A stretch of DNA of 64,000 nt from an uncultured virus (IMG/VR IMGVR_UViG_3300021958_000055) (Duplodnaviria > Heunggongvirae > Uroviricota > Caudoviricetes), in the IMG/VR virus record IMGVR_UViG_3300021958_000055, one strand, 5' to 3'. Positions 43,975 through 54,955 of the stretch are shown here, piece after piece (within the stretch, counting starts at the first letter, position 1; every line of letters starts with the position of its first letter). The notes below the pieces were generated by a model, which made no database searches, was not told where the DNA came from, and worked only from the letters and a program-made list of their open reading frames with translations. A program made the translations under genes and the position numbers.

Positions 43975-44253
43975 ATGACAACAAGAGGCGGAAAAAGAGC
44001 AGGAGCTGGTAGACCAAAAGGATCTACATGTGCAAAGAAATGGAAGATGCTTGACGAATTAGCAGTTAAGTATAACCATTCACCTTTGGACTACATGCTT
44101 GCTATACTTAATAATCCAATGTCATCTCCTGAAAGAAAGATGATGGCAGCAGAGAAAGCTGCACCTTACGTTCACGCAAAATTAGCTACGACTACGACAA
44201 AACTTGGATCTGATGGCCCAATCAAAATCAATATCAAATGGGGAGACGAGTAA
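43975..44253 (+). CDS. terS: terminase small subunit, phage B
   Basis: RGGKR.GAGRPKGS ... PLDYML ... AA..AAPYVH.KL; directly upstream of TerL. Confidence 0.7.
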   Translation: MTTRGGKRAGAGRPKGSTCAKKWKMLDELAVKYNHSPLDYMLAILNNPMSSPERKMMAAEKAAPYVHAKLATTTTKLGSDGPIKINIKWGDE

Positions 44254-45523
44254 AGAGGAAACTAAAGATATAGTTATTCCTTATACACCTCGTCCTTTAC
44301 AGAGAGAAGTACATAACAATCTTAAAAGATTTAATGTATTAGTTTGTCATCGTAGATTTGGTAAATCAGTATTATCGATTAACCAACTTATTAAAACAGC
44401 TATAGAAAAACCCATGCGTAAGTGTGCATTTATAGCACCAACATATAGACAAGGTAAATCTATTGCTTGGGAATATTTAAAAATTTATACAAAACCACTA
44501 ATGTATTTAGGTGGTAGTAAAAACGAAACAGAATTAAAAATAGAATTATTTAACGGATCTACGCTTCAAATATTTGGAGCTGACCACCCTGACTCATTAC
44601 GAGGTGTTGGGTTTCATGGAGTTGTGATGGACGAGTTTGCTATCATGGCACCTAGAACTTGGACTGAGATTATACGTCCAGCAGTTGCTGACACATTAGG
44701 ATGGGTAATGTTCATAGGAACTCCTATGGGACATAATCAGTTTTGGGAAGTTTATGATTTTGCACAACGAGGACAAAAGAACTGGTTTGCAAAAATGTAT
44801 CGAGCATCAGAAACAGGTGTAGTACCTGCTGAAGAATTAAAAGATGCTCAGTCTATAATGACTGAAGAACAATATAACCAAGAGTTTGAATGTTCTTTTA
44901 CAGCTGCTGTAAGTGGTAGTTATTATGGAAAACTAATAACCAAAGCTGATAACGAAAAAAGAATTGGGAGTATACCTGTTGAGGAACACGTTGGTGTTGA
45001 GACATGGTGGGATTTAGGGATCGGGGATTCGACAGCTATTTGGTTTATACAAAGAGTAGGTGAAGAAATTCACGTCATAGATTACTATGAAAACTCAGGT
45101 GAGTCTTTAGCTCATTATGCAGATGTCTTAGAAGATAAGAACTATGCTTATGAAAGACATATCGCACCTCATGATATTCAAGCAAGAGAGCTTGGAACTG
45201 GTAAATCTAGGTTAGAAGTATCTCAAGAACTAGGAATAGATTTTGAAGTAGCACCTAAATTAGAGGTTGATCATGGCATAGAATCTGTTAGGAATGCTTT
45301 ACCACATTGTTGGTTTGATAGAGAAAAATGTAAATTAGGTTTAGATGCATTAAGACAATATCGTAAACAATGGGATGAGAAGAACCAAGTTTTTAAAAAT
45401 AAACCTTTGCATGACTGGTGTTCACATGCAGCTGATGCGTTTAGATACGGATGCGTACATGATCCTATAGATACATCAGACTGGCAAAGACCCATAAATG
45501 TAGATTATAAATATATCGTATGA
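44213..45523 (+). CDS. terL: terminase large subunit, phage B
   Basis: HRRFGKS, VVMDE, GTPMG, WDLG, H.ADAFRY; start uncertain (44204 TTG or 44213 ATG). Confidence 0.95.
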   Translation: MAQSKSISNGETSKEETKDIVIPYTPRPLQREVHNNLKRFNVLVCHRRFGKSVLSINQLIKTAIEKPMRKCAFIAPTYRQGKSIAWEYLKIYTKPLMYLGGSKNETELKIELFNGSTLQIFGADHPDSLRGVGFHGVVMDEFAIMAPRTWTEIIRPAVADTLGWVMFIGTPMGHNQFWEVYDFAQRGQKNWFAKMYRASETGVVPAEELKDAQSIMTEEQYNQEFECSFTAAVSGSYYGKLITKADNEKRIGSIPVEEHVGVETWWDLGIGDSTAIWFIQRVGEEIHVIDYYENSGESLAHYADVLEDKNYAYERHIAPHDIQARELGTGKSRLEVSQELGIDFEVAPKLEVDHGIESVRNALPHCWFDREKCKLGLDALRQYRKQWDEKNQVFKNKPLHDWCSHAADAFRYGCVHDPIDTSDWQRPINVDYKYIV

Positions 45524-47670
45524 CAGAAGATCAAATTATATCAATATTAAATAGAGAGCTTAGAGCATCATCAGGTTACATTGGTGGTGAGATAGTTACA
45601 CGTAGAAGAAAATCATTAGAATATTACTTAGGTAAACCTTTTGGTAATGAACAAGAAGGTAGATCTCAAGTCGTTAGTACTGATGTTTCTGATACTATAG
45701 AATCTTTAATGCCTTCTCTTATGAAAATTTTTACAGCAGGAGATAATATCTTTCATTGTGAACCTGCTGGGCCTGAAGATGAAAAGGTAGCTAAACAAGC
45801 TAGTGATTATATTAACCATGTTTTCTATAAAGAGAACAGAGGTTTTTCTGCTATTTATACAGCGTTCAAAGATGCACTTGTTCAGAAGAATGGTATTCTA
45901 AAAGTATACTGGGATGATTCTGAAAAAACTACAAGAGAAGAATATAAAAAATTAACTGATGATGAATACAATCTTCTTATTGCAGACAAAGAAGTTTCAG
46001 TAACAGAACATAAAGAATACGAAGAAGAATTTGAAGATGACAATGGTAAGGTAATAGATAAAATAAAATTCCATGATGTTGTTATTCATAAAACTAGAAT
46101 GTATGGTCAAGTTAAAATTGATCCAATCCCACCTGAAGAATTTTTAATTGAACGTAGAGCTAAATCAATAGAATCAGCTAACTTTGTTTGTCATAGAGTT
46201 AATATGACTAGAACTGAATTAGTTGAAATGGGTTATGATAGAGATTTAGTTTATAACTTACCTACTGGTGATGCAGAATATTATTTAGAAGATAGACAAG
46301 TAAGATACCAAGATACAGATTTTTCTGCACCACAAGATAGAGGTGATAATTCTACAGACGAAGTTTTAATTCATGAATGTTATGTAAGATTAGATCTAAA
46401 TGGTGATGGTAAATCAGAACTATTAAAAATTTGTCTTGCAGGTACAGGAGCATATAGAATATTAGGTATGGACGAAATTGATTCAATACCTTTTGTTTCA
46501 ATGACACCAATTATTATGCCTCACAGATTCTATGGTAGATCTGTTTCTGAACTAATCGAAGATATACAATTAATTAAATCTACTGTTATGAGACAGATGT
46601 TAGATAATATGTATCTAACGAATAATAACAGAATAGCTATTCAAGATGGTCAAGTAGCTATGGATGACCTATTAACAAATAGACCAGGTGGTATCGTAAG
46701 AACTAAACAACCACCTGCTAATGTTATGCAGGTTATGTCAGCTCAACCTATTACAGAACAAGCATCAGGATTATTAAACTATTTAGATTCAGTAAGAGAA
46801 GCAAGATCAGGTGTTACAAAATCTTCACAAGGATTACAATCTGATTCTTTAAACACAGATACAGCTACAGGAATGAATCAAGTATTAACTCAATCTCAAA
46901 TGAGAATGGAGTTGATTGCAAGAACATTTGCTGAAACTGGTGTTAAAGATCTAGGTATTAAGATATTCGAATTACTTTGCAAATATCAGCAAAAAGAAAA
47001 ATTAGTTAGAATTAGAGGTGAGTTTGTTCCTATGACTCCATATGAATGGAGAGATAGAGTTAATCTTTCTGTTAAAGTAGGATTAGGTACAGGTTCAAAA
47101 GAACAACAACTTATCCTTCTTAATGGTATTTTACAAAGACAACTACAAGCTATACAACTACAACAGAATGTATATGGCCCAGTTGTTAATCTTAAAAATA
47201 TTTATTCTACATTACAAAAACTTGTAGAGAATGCAGGTCTTGGAAGTGTAGAACCATTCTTTATGGATCCTGAAGTAGGTGCTGCACAAATGCCACCACT
47301 TCCTCCTAAACCACCAACTGAGTTTGAGAAGGTATCTCTAGCACAAGTACAGGGTGAAAACCAAAGAGCTATATTAGATTCTGAAGTACAAATGAAGAAA
47401 TTAGAATCTTCATTAAGACAGAAACTATTAGACTTTGAGCTTCAAGTAAAAGAAATGGAGCTTAAATATGGTACTAAAATAAATGAGCTTGAAATGCGTA
47501 ACAGATCTATGATAGAACAACAACAAGTTAGACAATCAGGTGATTTGTTTAAAGAGATAATGAAAGGTCAAAAACAATTCTTCGATGGCAAAGGATCTAA
47601 ACAAACAGATTTCACAAGGGACGAAAGCCCAGCATCTACTGGACGATCCCCTAATGAAAGAGGCGTTTGA
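45520..47670 (+). CDS. portal protein, phage B
   Basis: paralog of 6890..9124. Confidence 0.88.
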   Translation: MTEDQIISILNRELRASSGYIGGEIVTRRRKSLEYYLGKPFGNEQEGRSQVVSTDVSDTIESLMPSLMKIFTAGDNIFHCEPAGPEDEKVAKQASDYINHVFYKENRGFSAIYTAFKDALVQKNGILKVYWDDSEKTTREEYKKLTDDEYNLLIADKEVSVTEHKEYEEEFEDDNGKVIDKIKFHDVVIHKTRMYGQVKIDPIPPEEFLIERRAKSIESANFVCHRVNMTRTELVEMGYDRDLVYNLPTGDAEYYLEDRQVRYQDTDFSAPQDRGDNSTDEVLIHECYVRLDLNGDGKSELLKICLAGTGAYRILGMDEIDSIPFVSMTPIIMPHRFYGRSVSELIEDIQLIKSTVMRQMLDNMYLTNNNRIAIQDGQVAMDDLLTNRPGGIVRTKQPPANVMQVMSAQPITEQASGLLNYLDSVREARSGVTKSSQGLQSDSLNTDTATGMNQVLTQSQMRMELIARTFAETGVKDLGIKIFELLCKYQQKEKLVRIRGEFVPMTPYEWRDRVNLSVKVGLGTGSKEQQLILLNGILQRQLQAIQLQQNVYGPVVNLKNIYSTLQKLVENAGLGSVEPFFMDPEVGAAQMPPLPPKPPTEFEKVSLAQVQGENQRAILDSEVQMKKLESSLRQKLLDFELQVKEMELKYGTKINELEMRNRSMIEQQQVRQSGDLFKEIMKGQKQFFDGKGSKQTDFTRDESPASTGRSPNERGV

Positions 47671-47854
47671 TTATTTAAAAACTCGTTATAGAGAAGAAAT
47701 ATTCAACACGTCTTATAATGATCACGATCAAAGACAAGTTCTTTGGATGGCCTATAATATGGTCGAAAAAATCAAAGGACATCTTGAGTCTGTGATGAAT
47801 GAAGGCAAACTAGCTGCCAAAGAGCTAGATCAACTACAAGACTTAACTAAGTAA
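47585..47854 (+). CDS. conserved small protein between portal and scaffold
   Basis: paralog of 9048..9344. Confidence 0.75.
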   Translation: MAKDLNKQISQGTKAQHLLDDPLMKEAFDYLKTRYREEIFNTSYNDHDQRQVLWMAYNMVEKIKGHLESVMNEGKLAAKELDQLQDLTK

Positions 47855-47867
47855 TTAGAAGTCTATT

Positions 47868-47891
47868 TCGCCAATCCCATTAAGGAAGCGA
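47868..47891 (+). promoter_or_regulatory. conserved RNA hairpin in the scaffold 5' UTR, phage B
   Basis: TCGC-CAA-TCC-CATTAA-GGA-A-GCGA. Confidence 0.7.
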
Positions 47892-47911
47892 TCAACCTAA
47901 AAGGAGAATCT

Positions 47912-48904
47912 ATGCAAGTAGATAAAACAGTACAAGGTGCTGCTGACAAAATATCAGGATTACTGAATCCTCAAGAAGGACAATCAGAACCTGAAAAAAA
48001 ACAGACAGAACCACAAGAGCAAACACAGGAAAAACCAGTTCAAGAAACTGCACCTGATGTTGTTGAAGAAGTTAGCCAAACCGAGACTGAGGAAGCTAAA
48101 CCTGAAACTGAAAGCTCTGAAATAACTGAGACAGAACAAACTGAACAACAAGAAATACAAGAACCTTCACTCCACCGAGTCAAAGTACAAGGTCAAGAGT
48201 TAGAGGTCAGCTTGGACGAATTGAAATCAGGTTATTCAAGAGACTCAGATTATAGACAAAAGACTCATGCTTTAGCTGAGGAAAGAAAAATCCTTGACGA
48301 ACAAAAGACAAGTCTTAGTCAAACGTATGACAGTAAGCTAAAAGAATTGAATGATTTAATTGGTGTTGCCAATACATATATCAGTCAATCATCTGATGTT
48401 GATCTTCCAAAATTATATGAAGAAGATCCTACTGCTGCTGCTAAAATAGATTTTCAAATGCGTCAGCAAAGAGAATCTTTTAACAAGTTAAGGCAACAAG
48501 CTGAAACTGTTAAAGCACAACAGTATAACCAATATCTAGATGAACAAAAAAAGTTAGCTGCAACTAAAATTCCAGAATTTAGTGATCCACAAAAATCAGT
48601 ACCATTCAGAAATCAGATGAGATCAACTCTTGCTGATTATGGATTTAATGATCAAGAAATTGGTTCACTAGCAGATCATAGATTCCTTATGGTTCTAAAA
48701 GATGCTATGGAATTTAAAAACCTTAGAAGCAAACCTGTTACTGCTAAAAAAGTAACAACAGCTCCGAAGGTAGTTAAATCAGGAACTCCTAAAATGGACG
48801 ATTCTAGACGTGCTTCTGTTAAACAAAAAATTGGTAGATTGAGAAAGTCAGGTAAACTGAACGATGCTCATTCTGCTATTCTTGAAATAATCTCAAAAAA
48901 ATAG
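47912..48904 (+). CDS. capsid scaffolding protein, phage B
   Basis: paralog of 9399..10403. Confidence 0.85.
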   Translation: MQVDKTVQGAADKISGLLNPQEGQSEPEKKQTEPQEQTQEKPVQETAPDVVEEVSQTETEEAKPETESSEITETEQTEQQEIQEPSLHRVKVQGQELEVSLDELKSGYSRDSDYRQKTHALAEERKILDEQKTSLSQTYDSKLKELNDLIGVANTYISQSSDVDLPKLYEEDPTAAAKIDFQMRQQRESFNKLRQQAETVKAQQYNQYLDEQKKLAATKIPEFSDPQKSVPFRNQMRSTLADYGFNDQEIGSLADHRFLMVLKDAMEFKNLRSKPVTAKKVTTAPKVVKSGTPKMDDSRRASVKQKIGRLRKSGKLNDAHSAILEIISKK

Positions 48905-48913
48905 GAAAATAAC

Positions 48914-49861
48914 ATGGCACAACCAACAAACACATTTGATACGTACGATGCAGTAGGTATCAGAGAAGATCTACAGGATGTTATTTACTCAATTTCTCCA
49001 ACTGAAACTCCTTTCATGAGTGCAGCTGCGAGAGAGCAAGTAAAAAATACATTCCACGAGTGGCAAACAGATTCATTAGCGGCTGCTGCAACTAACAATG
49101 CAGTAATCGAAGGTGATGAAGCTACTCTTGATGCATCAACTGCTACTACAAGAATCGGTAACTACACACAGATTATGGATAAGACTGTTGTTATTACTGG
49201 TACACAAGAAGCAGTAGACAAAGCTGGTAGAGCAAGTGAGCTTGCATACCAAATCGCTAAAAAATCTAAAGAGTTAAAAAGAGACATCGAGTCTACTTTA
49301 TTAACTAACCAAGCAAGAGCAGCTGGTAACTCATCAACTGCTAGAACATTTGCTTCTATCGGTGCTTGGATTGCAACGAACGATGACTTCGGTGCTAGTG
49401 GATCATCTCCAACAGCATCCGATGGTTCTGACGCTAGAAATGACGGAACTCAAAGAGCTTTAACTGAAGCTCAATTGAAAGGCGTTATTAAAAACTGTTG
49501 GAACGCAGGTGGTAACCCATCTGTAATCATGGTAGGCCCATTCAACAAACAGAAAATCTCAGGATTTACTGGTGGATCTACTAGATTCGATGCATCTGAA
49601 GATAAGACTTTATACACTTCAATCGATGTGTATTCATCTGACTTCGGTGATTTAGAAGTAGTACCTAACAGATTCTCTAGAGAAAGAGATGCTTTAGTCC
49701 TAGATATGGACTACTGGTCTGTAGGGTTCTTAAGAGACTTCACAATGCATGAACTTTCAAAAACTGGTGACTCAGAGAAAAGACAACTACTTGTTGAGCT
49801 TACTATGATCTCTAGAAATGAAGGTGCTTCAGGTGGAGTATTCGACTTAACAACTTCATAA
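48914..49861 (+). CDS. major capsid protein, phage B
   Basis: paralog of 10429..11379. Confidence 0.92.
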   Translation: MAQPTNTFDTYDAVGIREDLQDVIYSISPTETPFMSAAAREQVKNTFHEWQTDSLAAAATNNAVIEGDEATLDASTATTRIGNYTQIMDKTVVITGTQEAVDKAGRASELAYQIAKKSKELKRDIESTLLTNQARAAGNSSTARTFASIGAWIATNDDFGASGSSPTASDGSDARNDGTQRALTEAQLKGVIKNCWNAGGNPSVIMVGPFNKQKISGFTGGSTRFDASEDKTLYTSIDVYSSDFGDLEVVPNRFSRERDALVLDMDYWSVGFLRDFTMHELSKTGDSEKRQLLVELTMISRNEGASGGVFDLTTS

Positions 49862-49868
49862 TATATAA

Positions 49869-49954
49869 ATACTTGGGGGGAGTAATCCCAATATATACTT
49901 CCCCCAGTATCAATCTTGACTATGAAGTCTTATGGGATTATAGACGGAACGTAG
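49869..49954 (+). ncRNA. two-hairpin kissing-loop RNA downstream of the capsid gene, phage B
   Basis: P1 49869-49910, P2 49920-49954, loop-loop ATCCCA/TGGGAT. Confidence 0.75.
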
Positions 49955-49967
49955 AAGGAGAATAAAA

Positions 49968-50315
49968 ATGAGAACATTAAACGACTATTTTTTAACAGCA
50001 AAAGTTACTGACATTAGTACAGCAGGATCTACATTCGTAGCTGTACCTGACGGTGGTAATATTGTTAAAATTATAACAACAATTAAGAATGCTATTACAA
50101 CAGCTGATGCTGCTATAACATTTGAAATTGGTGGAACTGCCGTTACTAATGGTGCAATCACAGTTACACAATCAGGCTCTGCTGCTGGCGATGTTGATAC
50201 ATCTGTACCAACTGCTGCAAACAGAGTAGAAGAAGATGGAACTATCGAAATTATTTCTGATGGATCATCTGCAACTGCTTGTGAAATGATTGTTACATTC
50301 GTAATAAGAAGATAA
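49968..50315 (+). CDS. putative minor capsid/decoration protein
   Basis: paralog of 11486. Confidence 0.6.
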   Translation: MRTLNDYFLTAKVTDISTAGSTFVAVPDGGNIVKIITTIKNAITTADAAITFEIGGTAVTNGAITVTQSGSAAGDVDTSVPTAANRVEEDGTIEIISDGSSATACEMIVTFVIRR

Positions 50316-50357
50316 TTAATTAGGGGGTGGCAACACCCCCAACTAAAGGAGAAATAA

Positions 50358-50624
50358 ATGCACATAGCAATGAGACCAACAACAACAGAAAAATTAACAT
50401 CTACAGGTACATCATCTCAGACAGCTGCTTTTGCTGATAATATAGAATACGTTAGAGTAGTATCTGATGCTGCTGTTCATATTGAGTTTGGTGTTAATCC
50501 AACAGCAACAGCATCTACAATTTATGTACCAGCTGATGATATTGAATACTTCAAAGTTTCAGCAGGTGAAAAACTAGCTGCTATTGGTTCAGCAAATGTT
50601 TACGTAACTCAATTAAGTGAATAA
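50358..50624 (+). CDS. putative virion structural protein
   Basis: paralog of 11892. Confidence 0.65.
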   Translation: MHIAMRPTTTEKLTSTGTSSQTAAFADNIEYVRVVSDAAVHIEFGVNPTATASTIYVPADDIEYFKVSAGEKLAAIGSANVYVTQLSE

Positions 50625-50950
50625 TGAGTATACTGAGAGATCAGGAATCTGACGGAACTAAATACTTCGTAGAAGCTGATGGAAAAATAACAGTTAAAAG
50701 ATCACAAGACGTTAATCCTATTCTTCAAAAGAATAAAAGATTATATAACCTTAATGATGGTTATTCTCAAACAAAAGATATTAAACGTGTAGCTAGTATT
50801 CCAACTATGGTTTTAGAACTATGGGCTAGAGAATATAATGGAACTAATAATTGGTGGAGAATACCAAAAGAAGAAAGAACAAAGATTTTAAAGTTAAAAT
50901 TAAACAGTAGCGAATATCGTTATTTTAGAACAGCATCAGGAAGAATGTAA
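50624..50950 (+). CDS. conserved hypothetical protein (RVASIP family)
   Basis: paralog of 12295. Confidence 0.75.
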   Translation: MSILRDQESDGTKYFVEADGKITVKRSQDVNPILQKNKRLYNLNDGYSQTKDIKRVASIPTMVLELWAREYNGTNNWWRIPKEERTKILKLKLNSSEYRYFRTASGRM

Positions 50951-51615
50951 TGGCATTATCAACATATACAGAACTTAAATCATCAATAGCAAATTTCTTA
51001 AATAGATCAGATTTAACAACTGAGATACAAGATGATTTTATAAAACTTACTGAAGCTGATTTTAATGCTAAGCTACGTATAAGACAAATGGAACAGAATG
51101 ATGATGTTACAATTAATGCTGAAACAGTTGCAGTACCATCAGGATTTATTGCTGTAAGATCATTTCATATATTATCAGCTGATACTAAGTATCATTTAGA
51201 ATATATAACACCAGGAAATTTATTTGAAATCAAAGGAGGATCTACATCAGGTATGCCAAGAACATACACGATAGAGTCTGATAATGGAACAGAAAGTTTT
51301 AGATTTGCCCCACAACCTGACACAAGCTATACAGGAAAGCTTCAATACTATAAAGCTTTTGATGCTTTATCTGATAGCAATACAACTAATTACATTTTAT
51401 CTAGCCATCCTTCTATTTACTTATATGGCTCATTGTATCACGCAAGTAATTTCATCGGTGGTATCGATCCTAACCAAACGCAACAATGGCTAGGTATGTA
51501 TTCAGCATCTCTTGAGAGATGTGAGAATAACGATAGACAAGATTCATATGGATCTGCACCTGTTGTTCAAAGAACAGACGTAAGTACAGATCTATCATTC
51601 TATAGGAGAAAATAA
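50950..51615 (+). CDS. head-tail adaptor / tail tubular protein A-like
   Basis: paralog of 12630. Confidence 0.7.
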   Translation: MALSTYTELKSSIANFLNRSDLTTEIQDDFIKLTEADFNAKLRIRQMEQNDDVTINAETVAVPSGFIAVRSFHILSADTKYHLEYITPGNLFEIKGGSTSGMPRTYTIESDNGTESFRFAPQPDTSYTGKLQYYKAFDALSDSNTTNYILSSHPSIYLYGSLYHASNFIGGIDPNQTQQWLGMYSASLERCENNDRQDSYGSAPVVQRTDVSTDLSFYRRK

Positions 51616-53081
51616 TGCAGATACCTTTTGGAGAGTGGCTACCTGATCAACCTAAACATTTGAATCCAGGTGCTAACGTAGCAACAAATGTATATTATGC
51701 ATTAAATTCTTATAAAAGATTTCCTTCATTGGTAAGCTATAGTTCTAATAATATTGGAGCTGATGCTAGAGGTGGTGGATCATTTAGAGATAATGCTGGT
51801 AATGTATATAACTTTGTTGCAAAGAATACAGACATCTATCAATTAGATGGTGGTACATTTACTTCTAGAAAAGGATCTCTTACAGGTACAAATACAGACT
51901 ACTGGACATTTACACAGTTTGGTAATTATGTGATAGCAAGTAATGGTGTTGATGCACCTCAATATTATTTAATGGGAACATCAACTAATTTTGCTAATCT
52001 TTCAGCAATAGCAACATCTGGAACTGTACCTACATTTAGAGTTTCAGGTGTAGTTAGAGATTTTTTAATAACAGGTAATCAACCTACAAATCAAAATAGA
52101 ATACAATGGTCAGGTATCAATGACATTACTACTTGGTTAGCAGGAACTAAACAAGCTGATCAACAAGATCTACCAGGTTCAGGTGGTGAGATTGTACATA
52201 TAACTTCAGGCGAATATGGATATGTTTTTAGACAAAATCAAATCATTCGTATGGACTATGTGGGTGGTGCAACAGTATTTAGATTATCAGTTATATCTCC
52301 TAATAGAGGAGCTGTTTATGGTAAGACTGTAGCACAAGATAATAGACGAGTTTTCTTCTATGCTGATGACGGATTTTTTGAAATACAAGGAGATAGTGTT
52401 ATCTCAATAGGAGCTGAGAAAGTTAATAGATTTTTTGACCTTGATTTAAACAAGGCATTTGCTGATAGAATATGTGCAGCTGTAGACCCATTTAATCAAT
52501 TAGTTATGTGGCTTTATCCATCAGCACAAAATACTAATAATACAACTGGTATTTGTGATAGAATTATCATATATAATTATGCTACTAAAAAGTGGTCTCT
52601 AGCAGAAGCTAATGCTAGTTTTATATTTAGCCAGTTTGTAGGAGCTTATACAGTAGAGCTTATGGATATTATCTCTCAAAACCTTGAGAATATTAATATA
52701 GCTTTAGATACTGATTTTTGGTCAGGTGGACAAAGGTTTTTAGGAGCTATAAATAACTCTTACGAAGCTGCAATTTTCAGTGGAACTTCTAATGAATCTG
52801 AGATAGAGACTTCAGAAGTTGAGATATTTCCTGGTCATAGATCTTCTATAACTGGTGTTAGACCAATAGTAGATGCTCAAGCAACTGTAACTATTAAAAC
52901 TAGAGATAGACTTGCAGATACAGAAACAGAATCTAGCTCAGCGACTATGACAAATAGTGGTATTAATCCTGTAAGACAATCAGGAAGATACTTTAGAGCA
53001 AATGTCAAAGTACCAAGTGGTACGATATTTAATCATGGTCAAGGGATAGATATAACATTTGTTAAAGCAGGTTTAAGATAA
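51615..53081 (+). CDS. tail nozzle / DNA stabilisation protein
   Basis: paralog of 13315. Confidence 0.65.
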   Translation: MQIPFGEWLPDQPKHLNPGANVATNVYYALNSYKRFPSLVSYSSNNIGADARGGGSFRDNAGNVYNFVAKNTDIYQLDGGTFTSRKGSLTGTNTDYWTFTQFGNYVIASNGVDAPQYYLMGTSTNFANLSAIATSGTVPTFRVSGVVRDFLITGNQPTNQNRIQWSGINDITTWLAGTKQADQQDLPGSGGEIVHITSGEYGYVFRQNQIIRMDYVGGATVFRLSVISPNRGAVYGKTVAQDNRRVFFYADDGFFEIQGDSVISIGAEKVNRFFDLDLNKAFADRICAAVDPFNQLVMWLYPSAQNTNNTTGICDRIIIYNYATKKWSLAEANASFIFSQFVGAYTVELMDIISQNLENINIALDTDFWSGGQRFLGAINNSYEAAIFSGTSNESEIETSEVEIFPGHRSSITGVRPIVDAQATVTIKTRDRLADTETESSSATMTNSGINPVRQSGRYFRANVKVPSGTIFNHGQGIDITFVKAGLR

Positions 53082-53170
53082 TGAAATTTATTTTAGGTTT
53101 AATAGAAAAATATTCATCTAAGTTAAATGTTTGGGCTTGGAATAAAAGATGGAATAAACGTGACAGATAG
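53081..53170 (+). CDS. 29-aa Trp-rich micro-protein (not in the ORF track)
   Basis: MKFILGLIEKYSSKLNVWAWNKRWNKRDR; TAATG-coupled; absent from the first module. Confidence 0.5.
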   Translation: MKFILGLIEKYSSKLNVWAWNKRWNKRDR

Positions 53171-53309
53171 AACAGATATAGATAACGTAAGATATAGTTT
53201 TGAGACACAAGAGTTTTTTCAAAGACAAATTGAAGAAGCTATTAACACATTAATTAACGAAAAAAATACAGAAAATAATAAAGCATATGCTTGGTTTATA
53301 GGAGAATAA
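53160..53309 (+). CDS. 49-aa conserved protein (GTG start)
   Basis: homolog of 14778..14927. Confidence 0.75.
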   Translation: MTDRTDIDNVRYSFETQEFFQRQIEEAINTLINEKNTENNKAYAWFIGE

Positions 53310-53310
53310 A

Positions 53311-54942
53311 ATGGCAGGTATAAAAGATTATAGTACAACAGCAGCAAGTAATACTTCAGTAGGAGGTGTTTCTATAGCTGAAGGTATGTTACCTTCAAAT
53401 ATTAATAATGCATTTAGAGCTATTACTGCTGATATTAGAGAATGGTTTAATGATTCACAATGGGTAGAATATGGTGATGGTGATGGAGCATTTACAGCTG
53501 CATACGCATCTTCAACTTCTTTTACAATTGCAGGAACTGATGTTACATCTTTCTATCATGCTGGTAGAAGAATTAAATTAACTGCAACAACTCCAGGTAC
53601 AATTTTTGGAACAATATCTAGTTCTTCATTTTCTACAAACACAACAGTAAATGTAACTTGGGATAGTGGATCTTTATCTAATGAAGCAATCTCAAATGTA
53701 TATGTAGGTATTTTATCTAAAACTAATGATGCTATTCCAACAGGTATTGGAGCAACAAAAATTGCTGATGGTTCAGTATCTGATACAGAGTTTCAACATC
53801 TTAATGGTGTTACTTCAGCTATTCAAACACAATTAAATGCTAAACAAGCAACTATTACTGGATCTGCTACAACAATAGATACAGAGTCTTTAACAGCTAA
53901 TAGAGCTGTAATATCTAACGGATCTCAAAAGATTGCAGTATCAGCTACAACAGATACTGAATTAGGATATTTATCAGGAACTACATCTGCTGTTCAAACT
54001 CAATTAGATGCAAAAAATGTAAAAGCAAATAATTTAAGTGATGTTGCTTCAGCTTCAACAGCAAGAACAAACTTAGGTTTAGCTATAGGAAGTGATGTTC
54101 AAGCATATGATGCACAGTTAGCTGATATTGCAGGATTAACTCCAACAGACAGTAATTTTATTGTAGGAGATGGATCTAATTTTACAACAGAAACTGGAGC
54201 AACTGCTAGAACTTCTTTAGGACTTGGAACGATTGCAACTCAAGATGCTAATAGTGTTGCTATAACAGGTGGATCAGTAACAGGTATGTCTGCACCTTCA
54301 TCAGCATCAGATGTAACAACAAAAAGTTATGTAGATGATTTAGTTGCAGGACTTAAAACTAGAATTATTACAAGAGTAGCAACAACAGCAAACGTAAACT
54401 TATCAAATGCTTTAGAAAATGGTGATACTTTAGATGGAATTTCACTAGCAACAGGTAATAAAGTTTTAGTTAAAAATCAAACAGATGCTACAGAAAATGG
54501 TATTTATTTAGTTCCAGCAAGTGGTGCAGCAAGTAGAGATCCAGATTTTAATACAGTAGATGAATTAGCTGGTCAGCTTGTTATCATACAAGAAGGAACA
54601 ACAAACGAAGATACAATATTTTTATGTACAACAGATACTGGTGGTAGCATTGGTAGTGTAAATATTACATTTACACAAGTACAACCTCAGTTTACTGGAA
54701 CAGTAAGTTCAGTAGCTGTAGCAGACGCAGGATCATCAGAATTTACAGTAACAGGTTCTCCAATAACTACATCAGGAACAATTAATTTAGCAGTTAATAG
54801 TATATCAGCAGCTAAAATTGGTAATGGAGACGTAGATAATACAGAATTAAGTTATGTAAATGGAGTAACTTCAGCAATACAAACACAAATAGATAATAAA
54901 GCTGGAGCAGGATTTGCGATTGCAATGGCGATAGCATTATAA
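53311..54942 (+). CDS. tail fibre protein
   Basis: N-terminal ~230 aa diverged from 14928..16559, remainder identical. Confidence 0.75.
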   Translation: MAGIKDYSTTAASNTSVGGVSIAEGMLPSNINNAFRAITADIREWFNDSQWVEYGDGDGAFTAAYASSTSFTIAGTDVTSFYHAGRRIKLTATTPGTIFGTISSSSFSTNTTVNVTWDSGSLSNEAISNVYVGILSKTNDAIPTGIGATKIADGSVSDTEFQHLNGVTSAIQTQLNAKQATITGSATTIDTESLTANRAVISNGSQKIAVSATTDTELGYLSGTTSAVQTQLDAKNVKANNLSDVASASTARTNLGLAIGSDVQAYDAQLADIAGLTPTDSNFIVGDGSNFTTETGATARTSLGLGTIATQDANSVAITGGSVTGMSAPSSASDVTTKSYVDDLVAGLKTRIITRVATTANVNLSNALENGDTLDGISLATGNKVLVKNQTDATENGIYLVPASGAASRDPDFNTVDELAGQLVIIQEGTTNEDTIFLCTTDTGGSIGSVNITFTQVQPQFTGTVSSVAVADAGSSEFTVTGSPITTSGTINLAVNSISAAKIGNGDVDNTELSYVNGVTSAIQTQIDNKAGAGFAIAMAIAL

Positions 54943-54955
54943 TAAAAGGAGTAAT

